This document shows, piece after piece, positions 58,341 to 64,000 of a DNA stretch of 64,000 nucleotides (positions are counted from its first letter, which is position 1; each line of letters opens with the position of its first letter). The stretch lies in NCBI GenBank assembly GCA_947594845.1, contig CANQEI010000002.1, positions 17,753 to 81,752 of the forward strand, read 5' to 3'. This DNA is from an uncultured Clostridia bacterium. Its GTDB lineage: Bacteria; Bacillota; Clostridia; TANB77; CAG-508. The position numbers were made by a program, and so were the translations under genes. The notes under the pieces were generated by a model, which saw nothing but the letters and a program-made list of their open reading frames with translations, was not told the origin of the DNA and did no database searches.

Positions 58341-59573
58341 ATGTCAAAAATTGAATTATTAGCACCAGCAGGTTCTTTTGAAAAAGCTAAAATAGCATTT
58401 TTATACGGCGCAGATGCAGTATATATGGGAACCAAAAGTTTATCATTACGTACAAGAGTACAAGTAGATGATGATGACTTAGAAAAAACAATAGAATATG
58501 CACATAAAATAGGCAAAAAGGTTTATGTAGCAATTAATATATTTGCATGGGACGAAAAGTACAATGAAATTATTAATGCGGCTAAAAGATTAGATAAACT
58601 CAAACCCGACGGGATAATTGCATCTGATGGAGGAGTAATCGATATTTTAAAAGAATATGCACCTAACATAGATATTCATATTAGTACACAAGCAAATGTA
58701 TTGAGTTATCATACTGCAAACTTTTGGTATAAAAATGGAGCAAAAAGAATTATTCTTGGAAGAGAAATGGATAAAGAACAAATAAAAGAACTAATTAAAA
58801 ATAAACCAAAAGATTTAGAAATAGAAATGTTTGTACATGGTGCTCTATGCTGGGGATATTCAGGAAGATGCTTTTTAAGCGATTTTCTTAGTGGACGAAG
58901 CGCAAACCTTGGAGATTGTGTTCAAAGCTGTAGATGGGCATATAATATTTACCTAGAAGAAAAAAATAATCCTGGAAATTTAATGCCTATAGAAGATGAT
59001 GATAATGGAACATATATATTATCATCAAAAGATTTGTGTTTAATAAAAGAAATACCTGAAATAATAGAAATGGGAGTAGATAGTCTAAAAATAGAGGGAA
59101 GACTTAAAACAGAATATTACTTAGCATCAGTAGTTAATAGTTATAGAAATGCAATTGACGATTACTATAAAGATTCTGAAAAATATGACTATAAAAAATA
59201 TTTAGAAGAACTTGAAAAAACAAAAACAAGAGGTTTAACAACATTTTATTTTAATGATAGAAATAATAAAGATTTTCAAGAATATGAAGGTAAACAATAT
59301 AATGCAAATTATGAATATGGCGGAAAAGTAATTTCAAAAGAAAATGAAAAAACAATAATTGAAATAAAAAATAAACTTACTGTTGGAGATGAAATGGAAA
59401 TAATAATTCCAGGTAAAATTGAAACAGAGAAATTTATAATTAATAAATTATGGGATATAGAAACAAATGAAGAAATTCAAACAGTAAATCCAGGAAGGGC
59501 AGAACAAAAAGTAAAAATGATTTTGCCAATTGAATGTAAAGAGAATTGGATTTTAAGAAGAAAAAAACAATAA
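58341..59573 (+). CDS. Peptidase U32 family protein (TrhP/YrrO-like tRNA hydroxylation)
   Basis: ELLAPAG, GADAVY, HISTQAN, EMFVHGALCWGYSGRC, CVQSCR, SLKIEGR. Confidence 0.92.
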   Translation: MSKIELLAPAGSFEKAKIAFLYGADAVYMGTKSLSLRTRVQVDDDDLEKTIEYAHKIGKKVYVAINIFAWDEKYNEIINAAKRLDKLKPDGIIASDGGVIDILKEYAPNIDIHISTQANVLSYHTANFWYKNGAKRIILGREMDKEQIKELIKNKPKDLEIEMFVHGALCWGYSGRCFLSDFLSGRSANLGDCVQSCRWAYNIYLEEKNNPGNLMPIEDDDNGTYILSSKDLCLIKEIPEIIEMGVDSLKIEGRLKTEYYLASVVNSYRNAIDDYYKDSEKYDYKKYLEELEKTKTRGLTTFYFNDRNNKDFQEYEGKQYNANYEYGGKVISKENEKTIIEIKNKLTVGDEMEIIIPGKIETEKFIINKLWDIETNEEIQTVNPGRAEQKVKMILPIECKENWILRRKKQ

Positions 59574-59628
59574 CATATAAAAAATAAATTTATAATTAAT
59601 GAATAAAATTTGAAAGGAAAGATAGAAA

Positions 59629-61131
59629 ATGAGTGAAAATGAAACAATGGAACAAAATGAAGAATTAGATATGAATCATCTAATTGCTATTAGAAAGGAA
59701 AAGTTAAAGGAATTACAAGAAGCGGGAAATGATCCTTTTGAAATAACAAAATATGATAGAACAAATACAGCAGGAGAAATAAAGGCAAACTATGAAAAAT
59801 TTGAACAAAAGGATGTAAAAGTTGCAGGAAGAATAATTGCTAAAAGAATTATGGGAAAAGCATCATTCTGCACTATTCAAGACTGTGATGAAAAAATTCA
59901 AAGCTATGTTAGCATTAATGATTTAGGAGAAGAATCATATAAAGCTTTTAAAACATGGGACATAGGCGATATTATAGGAATTTCTGGATTTGTTTTTAAA
60001 ACTAGAACAGAAGAAATTTCTGTTCATGCAAAGGAAGTTGTACTTTTATCAAAATCATTAAGACCATTACCAGAAAAATTTCATGGATTAAAAGATACTG
60101 ATTTAAGATATAGACAAAGATATGTAGATTTAATAATGAATCCAGAAGTTAAGAATACATTTATAATGAGAAGTAACATTATTAAAGAAATTAGAAGAAT
60201 ATTAGATGAAAAAGGTTATCTAGAAGTTGAAACACCTATATTAAATACAATTTCAGGTGGAGCAACAGCTAAACCATTTATTACTCATCATAATGCATTA
60301 AACTTAGATATGTATTTAAGAATTGCAACAGAATTAAACCTTAAGAGATTAATTGTTGGTGGATATGACAAAGTATATGAAATGGGAAGAATTTTTAGAA
60401 ATGAAGGAATGGATATTAGACATAATCCAGAATTCACTACAATAGAACTTTATGCAGCATATGAAGATTATAATGATATGATGGATATTACTGAAGAAAT
60501 TATTTCTAAATGTGCAATGAAAGTTTGTGGAACAACAAAAATAAATTATCAAGGACAAGACATAGATTTAACACCAACTTGGAAAAGAATCACTATGATT
60601 GACTCTATAAAGGAAGCATGTGGAGTTGATTTTAATGAGATTCAAACAGATGAAGAAGCAGTTAAACTAGCAGAAGAAAGAAAAATGGAATTTGCTGATG
60701 AAACAAAAAGAACTCGTGGAGATGTTATATCAATGTTCTTTGATGAATATGTTGAAAAAACATTAATTCAACCAACATTTGTATATGATTATCCAGTTGA
60801 AATTTCACCACTTGCAAAGAGAAAACCATCTGATCCACGATTAACAGAAAGATTTGAAGTATTTATCGGTGGAAGAGAATATGGAAATGCATTCTCAGAA
60901 TTAAATGATCCAATAGACCAATATGAAAGATTTAAGAAACAAGTTGAAGCCAGAAATGCCGGAGATGATGAAGCTGGAATGATGGATGAAGATTTTATAA
61001 ATGCTCTTGAATACGGAATGCCACCAACAGGAGGATTAGGAATAGGAATTGATAGATTAATAATGCTTTTAACAGATGCTGCTTCTATCAGAGATGTATT
61101 ACTATTTCCAACAATGAAACCATTGGCATAG
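59629..61131 (+). CDS. lysS: Lysine--tRNA ligase (class II)
   Basis: [53 protein letters not shown]. Confidence 0.98.
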   Translation: MSENETMEQNEELDMNHLIAIRKEKLKELQEAGNDPFEITKYDRTNTAGEIKANYEKFEQKDVKVAGRIIAKRIMGKASFCTIQDCDEKIQSYVSINDLGEESYKAFKTWDIGDIIGISGFVFKTRTEEISVHAKEVVLLSKSLRPLPEKFHGLKDTDLRYRQRYVDLIMNPEVKNTFIMRSNIIKEIRRILDEKGYLEVETPILNTISGGATAKPFITHHNALNLDMYLRIATELNLKRLIVGGYDKVYEMGRIFRNEGMDIRHNPEFTTIELYAAYEDYNDMMDITEEIISKCAMKVCGTTKINYQGQDIDLTPTWKRITMIDSIKEACGVDFNEIQTDEEAVKLAEERKMEFADETKRTRGDVISMFFDEYVEKTLIQPTFVYDYPVEISPLAKRKPSDPRLTERFEVFIGGREYGNAFSELNDPIDQYERFKKQVEARNAGDDEAGMMDEDFINALEYGMPPTGGLGIGIDRLIMLLTDAASIRDVLLFPTMKPLA

Positions 61132-61302
61132 TTTAGGTAAAGTTAAAGATGTAAAAGAAGCATTTGAAGAATATCCAGTTAAAGAAGAAGAACATAAGGG
61201 CCAACTATTAAAAATTGCAAGGTAAGAATAATGAATTTAGTTTATTAATAAAATACATTTTGAAGATAAAACAAAAGAAAAAATTAAGGAGAATAATAAA
61301 TT

Positions 61303-62493
61303 ATGAATGAGTTAAATGAGGCATTAAAAGAAACATATGAAAGAGCAATAAATGAAACTTTACATGGACTAAAAGTATATTCTAGAGATGTAAACCTTCC
61401 AAAAAGCTTAGAAGAAAAATATGTTCCATATACAGTTATTTTAGAAAGAGGATATACTGATGCTACTACAATAATATCAGGCATGAAAACTACTCATAGA
61501 TTTAGTATTCTTTCAAACCATATATTTGAATGTTCAAAACATGGCGTAGAAACAAAATTTGACCTTTCAATTGCCCAACGTAATTCTCGCTTTTTAATAT
61601 TAGACAAATATGAATACCATAAAAAGACGCAAATTATTTTATTACATCTTCCAAATAATAAGGACTGGAAGTTATTTCAAAATTTGAGAATAGATATTTT
61701 AGATAATGTCATAGAAGAATGTCATAAGAGATTTGAGAATGAATGTGAGCAAAAAGTTGTACCTCAAATTGCTAGCAAAGAATGGATAGAACGTTGTTCT
61801 GCACCACTTGGAATGGACGAAAAAGGAAACTTGTTTGATTTAAACATACTTTTAAAATTTGAACTTAGAAAGATTAGTACGGCAAACTTTAGAAATTTAT
61901 ATCATCAAATTATATATGTAAATTCAATACCTGAACTTCAAAATAGGCTAAACGGAAATATTGAAACCATTAGAGAAGATGATGGATTTTTAGCTTATGG
62001 ATATATAGATAATCAAGATGAACTTTCTTTTAAAGTTTTGTGTTCAGCTAATATTAGGGATAACAAACTTTCAAGAGGAAACTTTAATGAATCGACAGAC
62101 ATTACTATTAAAAGAAGTCAATTGGACGATTGTGATTTTATTAATTTAGATGAATGCGAATTTGAAATCTCTGATATTTATAATTATATTTTAAATATAA
62201 ATAATAATTATAAAGCTGAAAATACTCAAATTGAAGAAATGAGGACAATTACTTTTTTTGATAACATTAGGGATCATAATTTTCCAGATAATGTTCAAGT
62301 GATATTATATAAAGAAGGATTAGAAGCTGAATTAGCGTGGGTTAAATGCTTAAAATATGATAATAATGAATTCTTTGGAAAATTACTTAATGAACCAAGT
62401 AAAGATTATGGAATTCACTATGGGAATATAATTAGTTTTAAAGCTATGAGCCAAAATGGAAATGTACAATGTGTCTGTATATGTAAAAGTTAG
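61303..62493 (+). CDS. Hypothetical protein; ADP-ribosyltransferase-like N-terminus and DUF2314-like C-terminus (tentative)
   Basis: VYSRD...KYVPYTVILERGYTDAT...AQRNSRFLILD; ELAWVK...GKLLNEP...GNIISF; RBS AAGGAG. Confidence 0.5.
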   Translation: MNELNEALKETYERAINETLHGLKVYSRDVNLPKSLEEKYVPYTVILERGYTDATTIISGMKTTHRFSILSNHIFECSKHGVETKFDLSIAQRNSRFLILDKYEYHKKTQIILLHLPNNKDWKLFQNLRIDILDNVIEECHKRFENECEQKVVPQIASKEWIERCSAPLGMDEKGNLFDLNILLKFELRKISTANFRNLYHQIIYVNSIPELQNRLNGNIETIREDDGFLAYGYIDNQDELSFKVLCSANIRDNKLSRGNFNESTDITIKRSQLDDCDFINLDECEFEISDIYNYILNINNNYKAENTQIEEMRTITFFDNIRDHNFPDNVQVILYKEGLEAELAWVKCLKYDNNEFFGKLLNEPSKDYGIHYGNIISFKAMSQNGNVQCVCICKS

Positions 62494-62543
62494 AATAAAT
62501 GCAGAATAGCAGAATTTTAATAAATAATTAAAAGGAGAAAATT

Positions 62544-63284
62544 ATGTTTGGATTTGGATTTGACAAAAGAACGATGTATATCATAATGGCAATTTTGATA
62601 GCATCAATTATTATAAATTTAGGAATAGGCAATATATTTGGAATGCTACTTACTTTGCCTGGTGTAATACTAGCATTATCATTTCACGAATTTGCACACG
62701 CATATGCTGCTACAAAATTGGGAGATCCTACACCAAGAAATCAAGGAAGACTTACATTAGATCCATTAAAACATATTGATCCAGCTGGAATATTTTTATT
62801 AATATTTGCTCATATTGGATGGGGAAAACCAGTACAAATAAATCCAAATAATTTTTCAAAAGTCTCAAAAGCAAAAGGCGAAACTATAGTTGCACTAGCT
62901 GGACCGCTTATGAATTTCTTTTTAGCATTTATATTAACTATAATTTTCTACTTAATAATGAATTTTCTTCCTAATTTGGCATTAATAAATGGAAATGTTT
63001 TAAGTATAATAATTACTCTATTATTAGATGCAATAATAGTAAACGTGGGGTTAGGGGTCTTTAATCTAATTCCAATCCCACCTTTAGACGGATCAAAAGT
63101 ATTTTTACAATTTTTACCTTATAAGGCACAATTATGGATAAATGATAAATTACCCGCAATTTCAATAATATTTTTAGTATTATGTTTAACTGGACTATTA
63201 AGCTATATAACTACACCAGTAATAAGTATAATAATGAACGGATTAGACTTTTTAGTTGGTGCAATATTTTCAATATTTATATAA
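62544..63284 (+). CDS. Site-2 protease family (M50) membrane metalloprotease
   Basis: HEFAH zinc motif, GDPTP, GWGKPV, AGPLMN, FNLIPIPPLDG. Confidence 0.94.
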   Translation: MFGFGFDKRTMYIIMAILIASIIINLGIGNIFGMLLTLPGVILALSFHEFAHAYAATKLGDPTPRNQGRLTLDPLKHIDPAGIFLLIFAHIGWGKPVQINPNNFSKVSKAKGETIVALAGPLMNFFLAFILTIIFYLIMNFLPNLALINGNVLSIIITLLLDAIIVNVGLGVFNLIPIPPLDGSKVFLQFLPYKAQLWINDKLPAISIIFLVLCLTGLLSYITTPVISIIMNGLDFLVGAIFSIFI

Positions 63285-63299
63285 ATAAGGATTTTTAAA

Positions 63300-64000
63300 A
63301 TGGATAAAGATATATATGTATTAGGAATTGAATCAAGTTGTGACGAAACTTCTGCTGCAGTAGTAAAGAATGGAAGAGAAATTTTATCAAATATTATAAA
63401 TTCACAAATAAAAATACACGAAAACTATGGAGGAGTTGTCCCAGAGATAGCATCAAGATGCCACACAGAAGTGATAAACCAAGTTGTAAAACAGGCATTA
63501 GAACAAGCTAATATGAGCATAAATGATATTGATGTAATATGCCCAACATATGGACCAGGATTAGTAGGAGCATTATTAGTTGGCGTATCTTATGCAAAAG
63601 GACTAAGTTTTGCAGCAAATAAACCTCTATTAGGGGTAAATCACATAGAGGGACATATTGCAGCTAATTACATAACACACAAGCAATTAACACCTCCATT
63701 TTTATGCTTAATAATTTCTGGAGGGCATACACATTTAGTAAAAGTAGAAGATTATACAAAATTTGAAATTTTAGGAAAAACAAGAGATGATGCTATAGGT
63801 GAAGCTTTTGACAAAGTAGCAAGAGTAGTTGGATTAGGATATCCAGGAGGCCCTAAAGTTGATAATTTAGCTAAAGAGGGAAAAAATATTATTGACTTAC
63901 CAACAACACATATAGATAATATGGATTTTTCTTTTAGTGGAATAAAAACAGCTGTTATTAATTTAAATCACAAAAATCCGAATATAAATAAAGCAGATTT
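63300..64000 (+). CDS. tsaD: tRNA t6A threonylcarbamoyltransferase TsaD (3'-truncated by window edge)
   Basis: [60 protein letters not shown]; not in the ORF track because it runs off the end. Confidence 0.96.
   Translation, partial: MDKDIYVLGIESSCDETSAAVVKNGREILSNIINSQIKIHENYGGVVPEIASRCHTEVINQVVKQALEQANMSINDIDVICPTYGPGLVGALLVGVSYAKGLSFAANKPLLGVNHIEGHIAANYITHKQLTPPFLCLIISGGHTHLVKVEDYTKFEILGKTRDDAIGEAFDKVARVVGLGYPGGPKVDNLAKEGKNIIDLPTTHIDNMDFSFSGIKTAVINLNHKNPNINKAD

Noticed and set aside
61129-61140. Stop-codon reassignment or readthrough at lysS TAG
   Set aside because: In-frame TAA follows two codons later, and conserved genes here end normally at TAA or TAG at expected lengths.
1-64000. 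CRISPR array, rRNA, prophage, IS transposase, T-box before lysS
   Set aside because: No regularly spaced repeats, rRNA-like tracts, phage or transposase ORFs seen; the lysS upstream gap is only 55 nt, too short for a T-box.

Overview
AT-rich chromosomal window from a spore-forming, probably genome-reduced Clostridia-class Firmicute (inferred from sigH, spoVS, spoVFA, gpr, ytxC, ytfJ). About 58 CDS, mostly on the + strand, and one tRNA-Thr(GGT). Most genes are housekeeping: two tandem ackA, folC, rqcH, uppP, folD, dprA, recA/recX, scpA, glgP, pyk, prs, ychF, miaB, mutS, asnB, typA, trmR, ppaC, a U32 protein, lysS and partial tsaD. I saw no integrase, transposase, prophage or CRISPR array. The most notable unexplained structures are: (1) a 119-bp long-hairpin element with terminal inverted repeats and a Rickettsia-palindromic-element-like core, plus a decayed tandem copy, between the two ackA genes; (2) a divergent GH57 / DUF4912 / GT4 alpha-glucan module whose DUF4912 protein has a histone-H1-like basic tail; (3) two GC-rich orphan genes sitting alone antisense, each with its own promoter and terminator and no mobility genes; (4) an ADP-ribosyltransferase-like plus DUF2314-like protein after lysS; (5) coding-like relics just after stop codons; (6) an anti-RBS hairpin built into the putative forespore promoter of gpr. 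All family calls are from motif recognition by eye, not database searches.
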